From IMG/VR virus record IMGVR_UViG_3300033074_000806, positions 66,588 to 130,587 of that record: 64,000 nucleotides of DNA. One strand, 5' to 3'. The position numbers and the translations under genes were made by a program. Origin of the DNA: a virus. Taxonomy: Duplodnaviria; Caudoviricetes. Positions 22,375 through 32,570 of the stretch are shown piece after piece. Below the pieces are notes generated by a model. It saw only the letters and a list, made by a program, of their open reading frames with translations. It made no database searches and was not told the origin of the DNA. Position 1 is the stretch's first letter. Each line of letters starts with the position of its first letter.

Positions 22375-25094
22375 TGGCTCTACTGGATAAGATAATACAG
22401 GTTCTTCCTCAAGCTCAAAGATTAGCTATTAGATCGCTATTAGCTTCTAAGAAGAAAGCTGCTGAAATTAGAACGGCTAGAGAAGAGTTAGCTGCGGCAG
22501 AAGCACTATATAAAAATCTTCAAAACAAGTTAGGCGGTCAATTATTTGACGCTCCACGTTATGCGATAACTGATAATAAAATTTCATCTATCGACCATAA
22601 CAAAAACATGGAGGAAATCTATATTGACCTAAATGCTATCTATAGTCAGATAGATGCTATAGGAAAATCTGAATCAGCAAAAGCCACTGCTTTACAAAGT
22701 GACTATTATAAGTCGCGCGCTTCTATCGAAAAATTGATAAACGATGCAAGAACCTTTGCACTTCGTAAGAAGTATAATAAGTTTACTGAAATAAACATAA
22801 TTGATTTTAACTCGGCTAGGAATGTGACAGCACAAGTTCCTAAGGCAATTATCGATGATAACACTAGGCTTTTGGAACTAATACCGCTAAGCTCTGTTAC
22901 AGCCCATTTACCAAATCGGGGTGTCAGAATCACGCGCGTATACACGAAAACTATAAGCCCTGGCCTTAAAGCGAACCTGTCTGTGGAGTTCCCTCCTGAG
23001 GGAATGATAGATCAAAAGCCAGAAACTTTTTGGCTGACATCAATATTATCTGATGTCCCTGTCTATCAAAAATTTGATTCATTAAATATCTACGGACCTA
23101 TAGTCGAAGTTTATCTTTCCTATAGTCATGTGGAGATCTTGAATGTTATACGCCTACTACCATTTGGTGAGTTTCCAATCAAGCTACTAAAGCTTTCGTA
23201 TAAGCCAAATCCTTCTTCTGAAGTTTATTATGACATCCCTTTTATTTCTGAGGAAGCTACACTGGATTGGATTGAGGTAAACTTTGCTCCAATCTATGCG
23301 TCCGAAATAAGAATAACAATAGCCCAAGAAAATCCAAAACAAGTTATATATCATCTACCAAAAGCATTGGTTAATAATACTGATGTCTTTAATTACATTG
23401 TCAGAGAACAAACAGATAAGAATTTCAAAAGTCAATTTTTTGATTCAGATCTTGCCAATGAATTAAGAAGAGCGACTAGTGCATATGATTCTGCCATAAA
23501 AGATTTAGAGGCAATAATCGGCGCAGCTAGTTTAGAAAAGTCTAGGTATAACGAGATCGAACTAAACAACGACCTATTAGCTTCTTTAAGTTTGGTGTTC
23601 GATCAATATGATCCAGAACAACTTAAATTACTTGAACTATATAACTCAGAAAAAGCTACAGACAAGGTAATTGAAATTAAAAAATATGAGTATATTCTTG
23701 GCGTCCGTGAGCTAGAAACTAGCTATGAAATTTATGCGCCTACTTGCTATTTTGAATCAGATGAATATCTTCCACAAGCTACCCTATCTGAAGTTCAATT
23801 AGAGGTTGACGAGCGGCACCTAGAATTAAAAAATCCATGGGGAACTTATTATCCTACGTCTACTGAATGGTCTATTGACATTGGAGAAGGTAGAGTAATA
23901 CCAATACATCCTATTAACAAGACTGGTGAGTTTGGCTATCCAGCTGCTATTGATGAGCGTTTAGAAATTGATAGAAACACAAGCATAGGATTTACTAGAC
24001 TTGGCTGTAGTAAAGGCAATGTCTTAAATCTTAAAAAGAATGGAACCCCAATTCCATTCACTGGATATACTCAAGAACGTCAGACACAGGGCACTCCTAG
24101 AATTAAAGTTACTTTAGCTGATGGATTTTTTGACGAGAATAGCATCTATACTGTTGACTATGAAGTAGTTTTGGATAGCTATAATATTGATATTCTAAGT
24201 AATTTTGAAGCTAGATCATTAACTACGCCAGAAACATATGACACTCTTGGGCCAGACAACGATATAATTCTTAAAAGATATCCCTACGTTGAGTATGAAA
24301 TTGTCAATAGAACTGGCCAGTTCACTAATGAAACTGGTATAGCTAAGTGGACATATATACCGCCTACTGGTAATTTATTTACTGGGCATATAAAAGTTTA
24401 TCCAACCATCCTAACAAACATTGGCGAAACTATTTATACTGGAAGTATAACTGGATATACTCAAAGTGGATCATGGGGAGCTAGATCTGGTCAGCCATTT
24501 TTGAATTTAACTAACCTTAATAACGCGTTCTTTAATGATCCGTTTGGTTATTATACACAGATACAAGATGTAAAAAGAAGCTTCCAGCTTAGTGGAACTT
24601 TCTCCGCTAGTGGATTTACTTTGTATGAGCCTGTTGAGTTTACAATAAATGAGATTCTACAGATGCCAGAGGCCGCGCTTACTGGAATGTATTTAACTAA
24701 TCTATCTGCTCCTAGCGGATTCTTATTGGCAGAGTATTCACTTGGTGTTGGAATAAATATAAGGAATAACATATTTGCTTTTGATAACGCTACTTATGAA
24801 CCAATAAGAGTTACAGTTGGCGGCAAGGAAGCAAAAAATATAACAGACTATAAGACCTTACAACATCCAGCATTTTCTATTGCTACAAATCAAGACAACC
24901 AGTATCAATATATTCATGCGGGAAGAAGACTGTATTTCAATCAGCCAATTAATAGTGAAATAAAAATAGACTATGATTGGTTAACTGAGTATATAAAAGT
25001 TCTTGGTGTGCTGCGTTGCAATACTGCAATTAATCCTAACTATACACCAAAAGTTAATGGTATCAAAATTTTAATGAATACTTCAACTATATAA
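22374..25094 (+). CDS. Structural protein, paralog family member 1 (helical N-terminus plus discoidin-like domain)
   Basis: Shares S..[HYF]N.....I..D[LI], MID..PETFW, Y.LGVREL and C-terminal TP motifs with the genes at 25096/26615, 27454 and 31250. Confidence 0.55.
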   Translation: MALLDKIIQVLPQAQRLAIRSLLASKKKAAEIRTAREELAAAEALYKNLQNKLGGQLFDAPRYAITDNKISSIDHNKNMEEIYIDLNAIYSQIDAIGKSESAKATALQSDYYKSRASIEKLINDARTFALRKKYNKFTEINIIDFNSARNVTAQVPKAIIDDNTRLLELIPLSSVTAHLPNRGVRITRVYTKTISPGLKANLSVEFPPEGMIDQKPETFWLTSILSDVPVYQKFDSLNIYGPIVEVYLSYSHVEILNVIRLLPFGEFPIKLLKLSYKPNPSSEVYYDIPFISEEATLDWIEVNFAPIYASEIRITIAQENPKQVIYHLPKALVNNTDVFNYIVREQTDKNFKSQFFDSDLANELRRATSAYDSAIKDLEAIIGAASLEKSRYNEIELNNDLLASLSLVFDQYDPEQLKLLELYNSEKATDKVIEIKKYEYILGVRELETSYEIYAPTCYFESDEYLPQATLSEVQLEVDERHLELKNPWGTYYPTSTEWSIDIGEGRVIPIHPINKTGEFGYPAAIDERLEIDRNTSIGFTRLGCSKGNVLNLKKNGTPIPFTGYTQERQTQGTPRIKVTLADGFFDENSIYTVDYEVVLDSYNIDILSNFEARSLTTPETYDTLGPDNDIILKRYPYVEYEIVNRTGQFTNETGIAKWTYIPPTGNLFTGHIKVYPTILTNIGETIYTGSITGYTQSGSWGARSGQPFLNLTNLNNAFFNDPFGYYTQIQDVKRSFQLSGTFSASGFTLYEPVEFTINEILQMPEAALTGMYLTNLSAPSGFLLAEYSLGVGINIRNNIFAFDNATYEPIRVTVGGKEAKNITDYKTLQHPAFSIATNQDNQYQYIHAGRRLYFNQPINSEIKIDYDWLTEYIKVLGVLRCNTAINPNYTPKVNGIKILMNTSTI

Positions 25095-25095
25095 A

Positions 25096-26604
25096 ATGGC
25101 AAATAAAGTTCTAGCTAAGACAAATATAAATGTAGAAAAGCTTCGATCTTTGTTAGCAAAGCTAGCTAAAGAAACGAATAGATCTAGCGCTTTGAACGAT
25201 ATAATGGCCAAAGCTAATGAGATCTTTAAGGAAGCTTTTGATACTCTAGCTGATCCTGCTTTCTATCCTACATACTTAAAGACTGGTGATACAGCTAACT
25301 CCGCATTGTATAATAAAAACTTTGAACTTATATTAGAAGACATAACTAGGTTCTATAAAGAATTAGAATTATTATCACAAGCTAGTATATCTAGTTTTAA
25401 TTATGCACAGGTAGTTAATGCAGAATTAATAACGCGAGCTAATCAATTAGCTAGCACAGTTTTAGATCTAAAAATACTTAGTGACTTTACTAGGGGAGAT
25501 GTGCTAATAGCCGGAGATGATTTTAGATCATTGGATAACGTTGATCAATCTATTGCCACTGCCTCTTCAAAAGCTGAAAAGATGTTTGGATCTGGTGGCA
25601 TATCTTTAAAGAGAGCTACAAACAATACTGTTATAGACGGCTCTACTGAAATAGAAATATTTCCATTAGGTCCTAGCAATCCTGCTAAAGGCACATCAGT
25701 TAACTTAGAGCCAACTCCTGGGAACGTAGAACGGTTCTATGAAGGTATGTATTATAGTTTTATAAATTCGGCTAGGCCCGAAGGTGGTTTGTTTAATATC
25801 AAATTTTTGCTACAGCCTGCTGAAGGTGAAAAACAAGAGCTAACTAAAGATAACCAAACCATTAGTGATGATAGCAATCTATACTCTAATAATGCCGCAG
25901 GTTACTTTGTTGAGATTGGTGCAACTGAGGAAGAAAAGAAAGTAGCCCGTCAAAAAATGTTCGATGGAGATCCATCAACTTTTTGGGAGTGTGAGTATGT
26001 TTATGATGTTCCAAAGCCATTAATCGATAGTCTAATAGACAATGGGTCTGTAGAAAATAATGATGACAACGAATCTAAGGGGCATAAAGATGATGCCGCT
26101 CGTGGTGTTTCTGTAGTCATTGATTATAAAGCTGCTGAACAAGCAGCTAAGGCCTATGATTTTAATGGTAGAGATCTAGTTATAGAAATTGTTTTTACCT
26201 TACAACAGCAACAAACAGTTAACTATTGCGTCATAGATCCGGTTGTGTTTGGAGTAAATTCATTTGTTGAAGTCTTAGATATAGCTGTTGCATCCGAAGA
26301 TGATGGTGCATTTATTACCGTAGACGGATGGAACTCTAGTAAGTATGCTAAAATTTTGACACCAGAAGCTAACAAGTTTTTAAATGATAATCAAATCGGT
26401 GAGCTCCTAGCTCCTAGTCGTTATGAATATAGCGGTAAAGGTGTCTTTCCATTCCCATCAAAAATAGCTAAGAAACTAAAAGTAAAATTAAAAGTTGATA
26501 ACCCTGTGGCGGCGGTCTATGAACGATATTATATACTCATGAAACATCAAGTAGATATTTCAACTAACGTCAAGACAACTACAACTAAAGGTCTATTTAG
26601 ATAG
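25096..26604 (+). CDS. Structural protein, paralog family member 2, N-terminal half
   Basis: SALYNKNFELILEDI and KMFDGDPSTFWE (F5/8-type C-like) motifs; lacks the family's C-terminal motifs. Confidence 0.55.
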   Translation: MANKVLAKTNINVEKLRSLLAKLAKETNRSSALNDIMAKANEIFKEAFDTLADPAFYPTYLKTGDTANSALYNKNFELILEDITRFYKELELLSQASISSFNYAQVVNAELITRANQLASTVLDLKILSDFTRGDVLIAGDDFRSLDNVDQSIATASSKAEKMFGSGGISLKRATNNTVIDGSTEIEIFPLGPSNPAKGTSVNLEPTPGNVERFYEGMYYSFINSARPEGGLFNIKFLLQPAEGEKQELTKDNQTISDDSNLYSNNAAGYFVEIGATEEEKKVARQKMFDGDPSTFWECEYVYDVPKPLIDSLIDNGSVENNDDNESKGHKDDAARGVSVVIDYKAAEQAAKAYDFNGRDLVIEIVFTLQQQQTVNYCVIDPVVFGVNSFVEVLDIAVASEDDGAFITVDGWNSSKYAKILTPEANKFLNDNQIGELLAPSRYEYSGKGVFPFPSKIAKKLKVKLKVDNPVAAVYERYYILMKHQVDISTNVKTTTTKGLFR

Positions 26605-26614
26605 AGGTAATACA

Positions 26615-27454
26615 GTGGGTTTATTTAAAAAGAAAAAGAAAACTACTGAGGAGAACTTTAAAGAGACTATTGTAGAGCATAAAATAGTTAAGCTTTCTTA
26701 TCTACAAACTCTAGCGGTAACTGGTGGCATAACCAATACCAATGAACTTGCAGGTGAAACAGAAGCAGTAGATGAGACCATAAAGAATGGAGAAACATCT
26801 AATAAGCTACCAAAGTTTTTTGATGATCCTCTTACTAGACTTAGAAAGAAGTTTGATCCACTACTAAGTGGAACTTTAAATGGACTTTTCGGTAAGAAAG
26901 TTTCTAGAGAAGTTACACAAACAGTAAAGGACTCTGGGTGGAAAGTTGTTAAGTCCTGGCTACAGCCAGAATTTGATAAGATAAGATATGCCATAGGAAT
27001 TAGAGAACTTACATTTGCTCAGTTTAGATATGAAAAAGTTAGTGAGATTGTTAGTCAACCCTGGTCATCTCCTAAGGATATTAGTAAAGTAACCTTGATT
27101 GTAGATGAGTTTATTCCCCCACAGTTTGATCCTGGGCCGGCTTATATAGAATACTATATCAAGCCCGAACTTGAGAATCAAGAATGGATTCGAATAAATC
27201 CTATTGGAGCTCGAACAGTTTACAATGATAAAGGAACAATAGTTCCTCGGATTATAAACTTTAATACTGAAAAGCCCGTTAATTCTAGGATCGAAGACGC
27301 TTATATAACTACAAAAGAGCAGGTCAAATCTATTAGATTTAGAGCAGTTTTGATGCGACCAGATACAGTAGTTGATTCTGATACGTCTGCTGATAGCTAT
27401 ACGCCTATATTAAAATCATATAGGCTAGCACTATTCCCGCGTGGTGGACTATAA
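26615..27454 (+). CDS. Structural protein, paralog family member 2, C-terminal half
   Basis: RYAIGIREL and C-terminal SYTPILKSY motifs; GTG start with GAGGT SD-like sequence 6 nt upstream. Confidence 0.55.
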   Translation: MGLFKKKKKTTEENFKETIVEHKIVKLSYLQTLAVTGGITNTNELAGETEAVDETIKNGETSNKLPKFFDDPLTRLRKKFDPLLSGTLNGLFGKKVSREVTQTVKDSGWKVVKSWLQPEFDKIRYAIGIRELTFAQFRYEKVSEIVSQPWSSPKDISKVTLIVDEFIPPQFDPGPAYIEYYIKPELENQEWIRINPIGARTVYNDKGTIVPRIINFNTEKPVNSRIEDAYITTKEQVKSIRFRAVLMRPDTVVDSDTSADSYTPILKSYRLALFPRGGL

Positions 27455-30402
27455 TGGCAATATACGAAAGACAATATTCTAAACTATTAACTAGAGAACT
27501 ACTCAAGTATTTACTTGCTGGTAGGCTGCCCAATATTGCAGAGATATCTTCTCAGTTAGATGAGCTCTTTAAGAAGAATGGTAACATAACTTATAAGTAT
27601 GTTCCCCAATTAAAGGGCGAGGTCTTTAATAATACTCTATTTAATAGACAGCTGAATGCAATAAATTTTGACATTGAGACATTAAACGAAGAGTTCATAG
27701 ATCTTTTATCTTCAGCTTTTCGCAGATTAAACTATGCAGATACCTACTATAGGGTGCATAGCCATGAGTTAAATAAACTTGAAGCTATATTAAATGCCAT
27801 TTTATTTACATTTGATAAGGCTGATTATTTTTTCTTAAGTGCGTTTGATAGCTTTACAGATTACAGTAAAACAGATATAGAAAAATCTGATTCAGATATT
27901 ATAAACCTATCTGAAAAAGCTATAATGCTTCCCTATGGTGGTAAAAATACACAGCGCATAAAAACATCGCACATGTATGAAGTTAAAACTTGGCCAGTCA
28001 AAGTTTTGACACCGCTAGATTTTGTATCAGCTAACCAAGTTCCGTCTACATCCTTTGGTGACATCTTTAGTGATGTAGCTACTGGCTGGATTTATGAAGT
28101 CGTAACTAATAAACAAGAGTCAGTTTCAATAACTTTTACATTCCCATTAGCTGGAGTTCTATCTGAGAATGTAGAGGTATTAGTAAATAGATTTGAATTA
28201 ACATCTCACTCAGCTACTGCTCAAAAAGCAAAAATTGAGTTCTCAGTTGATGATGTAAACTATAAAACCCCAGAGGGTTATGAAGACGGCTTAGTTATAA
28301 AAGATCAAAAATTTGTTTATGGCCTTGACTTTACAACTGAGCTGGCACAGTTTATTAGAATTACATTAACAAAGGATACATTTGATGAGGAGCTTGGTAA
28401 TAGTTCTGACAAAAGATTCGTCTATAGATTTGGTTTGAAAGGCTTTAGTGCTTATTCAGTAGGTAGAAAGCAGGCCGCCATTTACCAAAGTAAGCCATTT
28501 GATTTTTCAGCAGAGCAAGAAAACATATCTAGAGTCTCTATAAAAGCAAAAACCTCAACTCCAAATGGAACATCAATAGACTTTAGTGTAGCTTTAACTG
28601 ATGGAGAAACGACTAGCAATTTTATTCCAATCAAGCCTACACAGGGTGATGCTAAACCTGGAACTTCAGAAGTTGTTGTATTCGGTTCAACAAAGGCCAA
28701 TAGCCTGCGATTTGAAGCAGACTCCTCGTTGTTTACTCAGTATACTAACGGGACTATTAGAGGACATACCTTTTATAAATACTCTCAAGATGTTAATCCA
28801 GCGCCAATATTTGGCTCAGCTCAATTAATAAGAGGCTATAAGGCTTGGTCGCGCGATATAAGTTCTACTATTCAGACTAATAAAATATCTGACAATTACG
28901 TTAGTTTTGCTGAAGGTGATATACAAAAGGTATATGCGCTTTATACAGAGACACCAACCTTCTTAAAAGATACAATCGGTAGTGTCAATATTACAAGATT
29001 AGTAACAAGCTTACCAGTCTATTATAATGGTAAAGGGCCGCTTGTCCCTATAGGGAATCAATACAATAGCACAGGATCTGATGCAACTCCTGGATACGCA
29101 GTATATAAAGTCCTATATATAACTGATCAAGGTCGAAAAACATTCACTGTAACAGCTAATGCTAGCAAAATAAAACTAAGCTACGACAGCTTTGTTCCCA
29201 ATGGCGCCAATGCTCCTATTGTAAAGAACAGTAATAATACTGTTACATATAAAGAGGGTAAGGACTACATTATAGAAACAGAAATAAAAGACGGCTCTTT
29301 GCGCACGACTGGCAATTTAGATATTCCTGCTGGAAGCCAGATCAATACTGCCTCTGCTCCAACCTTAAATATTACCATAACTCTTGATCCAGATGTGACT
29401 TACAAAGTTACAGCTATAAATGGAACAGTAGTAACTCTGTCTAATATGACATTTAATGCTGGTGATACATTCCAAATCACCTATCGATTTGTCCCAACGG
29501 CTCCATATGAAATAATAAAGTCGTCGGTTAAGGTAAAAAATAATATACAGTCTTCTGGTAAATCAGTTCGGTCCTATGTAGAAGGAACTGATTATGTCTT
29601 TGATGTTGCTACTGGATCTATTCAACGGCTTCCAAATAGTTCTATACCATCACAGGGTGAAGTTTTTATTGATTACTATTATACTACTAGCGATAGCTCA
29701 GTAGAAACTTTTTTGACATGGTGCTACATATCTGAAGAGCGCGGCTTACAGATTAAGTTAGAACTAGATACGGCTAGCAAAAAAAATACAATTGTATCTG
29801 ATGATACTGTTGGAGAAAGATTTTTTGTTAATGGTCCTGGCGGCTTGGTTGATTTAACAAGAGCTACTGTTACTCCTTTGTTGGGCCCTGGCTGGATTCA
29901 ATTCTTAGTTCGTAGTAAGAATCCAGACGCAAATCAAAAAAGTGACAACAGAGGTAACTTGATTGATCAAATAATTCAACTAAGAGACTATGATAAGAAG
30001 CGTATCTTTAAAGAAAATGGAAAGTATTTTAAAGAAATACTAGCCTTTAGAGATCCTATGATCCAACGAAGTTTAAACCACTTAAAGTCAAACACCCTTG
30101 TTACAGACCATACCGTGTTTGCTTTTGATGATATAACAGACATATCAAAAAACGTACTTGTTTTAAACTTTAAACCTGGACTAACAAAAGACTTATATCT
30201 TAAAGCTCCGCAAGAAGATAATTCGGCGACGCTTACTCCAGCTACAATTAACGAGATATATCAACTAATATGGGAATCTAAACTCCCAAATATCATTAAT
30301 GGGTCTAGTGTTATAGTTAGATGTCAACTATCTAGAGAACCTAATGTTGATGGTGGACTAACACCAAAAGTTTTTGAATACTTTTTACGAGCAGGTGAAT
30401 AA
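27454..30402 (+). CDS. Structural protein, paralog family member 3, 982 aa
   Basis: NTLFNRQLNAINFDI, YRFGLKGF, C-terminal LTPKVFEY; two Y.EG.DY repeats. Confidence 0.55.
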   Translation: MAIYERQYSKLLTRELLKYLLAGRLPNIAEISSQLDELFKKNGNITYKYVPQLKGEVFNNTLFNRQLNAINFDIETLNEEFIDLLSSAFRRLNYADTYYRVHSHELNKLEAILNAILFTFDKADYFFLSAFDSFTDYSKTDIEKSDSDIINLSEKAIMLPYGGKNTQRIKTSHMYEVKTWPVKVLTPLDFVSANQVPSTSFGDIFSDVATGWIYEVVTNKQESVSITFTFPLAGVLSENVEVLVNRFELTSHSATAQKAKIEFSVDDVNYKTPEGYEDGLVIKDQKFVYGLDFTTELAQFIRITLTKDTFDEELGNSSDKRFVYRFGLKGFSAYSVGRKQAAIYQSKPFDFSAEQENISRVSIKAKTSTPNGTSIDFSVALTDGETTSNFIPIKPTQGDAKPGTSEVVVFGSTKANSLRFEADSSLFTQYTNGTIRGHTFYKYSQDVNPAPIFGSAQLIRGYKAWSRDISSTIQTNKISDNYVSFAEGDIQKVYALYTETPTFLKDTIGSVNITRLVTSLPVYYNGKGPLVPIGNQYNSTGSDATPGYAVYKVLYITDQGRKTFTVTANASKIKLSYDSFVPNGANAPIVKNSNNTVTYKEGKDYIIETEIKDGSLRTTGNLDIPAGSQINTASAPTLNITITLDPDVTYKVTAINGTVVTLSNMTFNAGDTFQITYRFVPTAPYEIIKSSVKVKNNIQSSGKSVRSYVEGTDYVFDVATGSIQRLPNSSIPSQGEVFIDYYYTTSDSSVETFLTWCYISEERGLQIKLELDTASKKNTIVSDDTVGERFFVNGPGGLVDLTRATVTPLLGPGWIQFLVRSKNPDANQKSDNRGNLIDQIIQLRDYDKKRIFKENGKYFKEILAFRDPMIQRSLNHLKSNTLVTDHTVFAFDDITDISKNVLVLNFKPGLTKDLYLKAPQEDNSATLTPATINEIYQLIWESKLPNIINGSSVIVRCQLSREPNVDGGLTPKVFEYFLRAGE

Positions 30403-30680
30403 TGAAAGCGTTTTTAGAAGTTCTTAAAGAATTACTTACATCAAAGAAATTTATTTCAGCAGTAGCCGGTCTAATTGTTTTAGGCTGTGCTAAGATAGGA
30501 TTCAATGCCGATCCTAATACAATTACAGGCATTATAACTTTATTTACAGCTCTACTTATTGGTCAAGGCGCAGCTGATTTTGGTAAAGCAAAAGAAGAGA
30601 TGTCTAACATACCAAAGCTAGAGATAATTAAGAGTGCTCTAACAAAAGAACAACCAAAGGCAGAAGATAAACAAGTATGA
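30402..30680 (+). CDS. Putative holin (2 TM helices)
   Basis: 92 aa, SKKF followed by two hydrophobic segments, GQGAAD motif and charged C-terminus. Confidence 0.6.
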   Translation: MKAFLEVLKELLTSKKFISAVAGLIVLGCAKIGFNADPNTITGIITLFTALLIGQGAADFGKAKEEMSNIPKLEIIKSALTKEQPKAEDKQV

Positions 30681-31021
30681 AAAAATTAATCACAATACTA
30701 TTTCTAAGTCTAGCCCTCGGGGCTTGTAGCTCGCCCTTCTTCAAGCAAGATGCTACTCCACTAATGGAAAATCAAGCTGCTCAGTATACCATAACAACTG
30801 ACTTGTTTGATACTATGGGCATGCTACTTGAGAAGTCAACAGGCTTAGAACCAGCTAAGAAAGAATCTCTCCTAATACGATTAGCTGCAGAGCGTCAGAA
30901 GTATCTACAACTAGTTGATAAGCAGGCAGACTATCTTGAGACCTTGGGGTCAATTGAGTGGAAGGCCTTAGTTAAGGATGGTTGGTCTCTCTATAAAGAG
31001 ATCAAGGAGGCCACTAAGTAA
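30677..31021 (+). CDS. Lipoprotein, possible spanin component
   Basis: MKK + hydrophobic core + lipobox LGAC; helical mature region; follows the holin-like gene. Confidence 0.6.
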   Translation: MKKLITILFLSLALGACSSPFFKQDATPLMENQAAQYTITTDLFDTMGMLLEKSTGLEPAKKESLLIRLAAERQKYLQLVDKQADYLETLGSIEWKALVKDGWSLYKEIKEATK

Positions 31022-31242
31022 TGGCAGCATGGAAAGAGGCAGAGGGAGTTGTATTAGATCTATCTGAACTTACTCCCGATCAAATGGATAAGCTTATCAA
31101 AAGTTTCTCTGCAGATAAAATTAAAGAGATAAATGATAAGATTGACTCTTATATAAGTGCAAATAAAACTATGGACACTGTTATTAAGTTGGCTTTATTT
31201 GTCACTAAAGCAGTGTTAACTAAGGGCGCAAGCTTAGCGTAA
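31021..31242 (+). CDS. Small protein with amphipathic/hydrophobic C-terminus
   Basis: 73 aa coupled ORF ending in TVIKLALFVTKAVLTKGASLA. Confidence 0.45.
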   Translation: MAAWKEAEGVVLDLSELTPDQMDKLIKSFSADKIKEINDKIDSYISANKTMDTVIKLALFVTKAVLTKGASLA

Positions 31243-31249
31243 TTTAATC

Positions 31250-32569
31250 ATGGCAGATGAAATAAATATAGTTCAACCTACTACCACTCGATATCCTGTT
31301 GAGCATAGAGGACCTCTAAAGTCTACTGATATAAATGACTTCCAAGAGTCTGTTGTTGAAGATATACAGAATTTGGCGAAAGCTCTTAATACTGTATACA
31401 ACAACCTAGAAAAAACCTCTATAGCTTCGCATAATGATATCTCTTTTTTAAGACGTCAAGTCGATGCTCTTCTTAAACAGAATCAATATATTGAGCAAGT
31501 AGCAGCTAATAACGGATATCTTGTTAGCAGGCTTGTAGATTTTTCAGATACTGCTGGCATAAGTTATCCTAATGGACTTAATGATGATTTATCTGCTATG
31601 GTATACGCTGAGTTTGGACAAGCAACTCTTCCTGCAAATGCTATAGAGAATAGATTCTATTCTACTAGTGCTAGGACAGGAAGAGTAGTTCAGGGATCAA
31701 ATCTAGTTATTAACGTAACTAGCACATTCGATAAGGGAGAAGGTGAAGGTTTAGTAGATTATGAGCGCGGTGGAATTGTTACACCAGGAAAATCTGAGTG
31801 GGCATTCAATGGTAACAATCGACAGATATGGATTAGAAAAGTAGAGTTTCCAATAGATTCTAAAGTTGATCAGGTTGAATGTGAAATGACCATTGTTGTC
31901 CCTGATGGAACAAGCACAGAAGCTAACTTAATTGAGCTGTTTCCATTTCCAAATGGATCTGTAGATATAACAAGCCTATCTACTTCTGCTGACATTGCTG
32001 ATTCATTTACTTCACTATCGGTATTTGATGCAATTAATAATGCAACAAATATTAGATATCATTTCCCTATTATAAGTATAGAACAGATAAAAATTAGATT
32101 ACGCCAGAGAAATTGGGTAGAAGAGAATGGAAAGAAAGTATTTTATTATGGACTGCAAGAGTTAGGATTAAAGCTTGTAGATTATGATAAGATATATCAA
32201 GCTGGCGCATCATTTGGAAAAAATAATTCCTTTATAGCAAAGATAACAGCTCCTCCTGGGTATGGATTTAAAGATCTATACAGAATAGATCCTACTCCTA
32301 ATTTCTTATTAGAGGATAAGGGTAATAGGCATATACACTTACGATTAAGCACCACTCCAAATTTTGATAACGTCATTTGGAATAGTGATTCGACCATACC
32401 ACCGCAAGAGTCTTTACAACCAATATCTTTAGGCTCTAGTGAAATCATATATGCTATTTTTGAATTGAACTTTGTTAATACAAATGGCGGATCACTGTCT
32501 CCGTTTCCTATTGGAACTACTCCATACATAGAAGGATTAGGTCTAAGTTATACACTAGAGAGAATATAA
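31250..32569 (+). CDS. Structural protein, paralog family member 4, 439 aa
   Basis: STDINDFQESVVEDI, WAFNGNNRQIW, YYGLQELGL and C-terminal TTPYIEG motifs. Confidence 0.55.
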   Translation: MADEINIVQPTTTRYPVEHRGPLKSTDINDFQESVVEDIQNLAKALNTVYNNLEKTSIASHNDISFLRRQVDALLKQNQYIEQVAANNGYLVSRLVDFSDTAGISYPNGLNDDLSAMVYAEFGQATLPANAIENRFYSTSARTGRVVQGSNLVINVTSTFDKGEGEGLVDYERGGIVTPGKSEWAFNGNNRQIWIRKVEFPIDSKVDQVECEMTIVVPDGTSTEANLIELFPFPNGSVDITSLSTSADIADSFTSLSVFDAINNATNIRYHFPIISIEQIKIRLRQRNWVEENGKKVFYYGLQELGLKLVDYDKIYQAGASFGKNNSFIAKITAPPGYGFKDLYRIDPTPNFLLEDKGNRHIHLRLSTTPNFDNVIWNSDSTIPPQESLQPISLGSSEIIYAIFELNFVNTNGGSLSPFPIGTTPYIEGLGLSYTLERI

Positions 32570-32570
32570 A

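Noticed and set aside
26602-26610. In-frame TAG read-through joining 25096 and 26615
   Set aside because: A TAA follows two codons later, and the downstream ORF is in the +1 frame.
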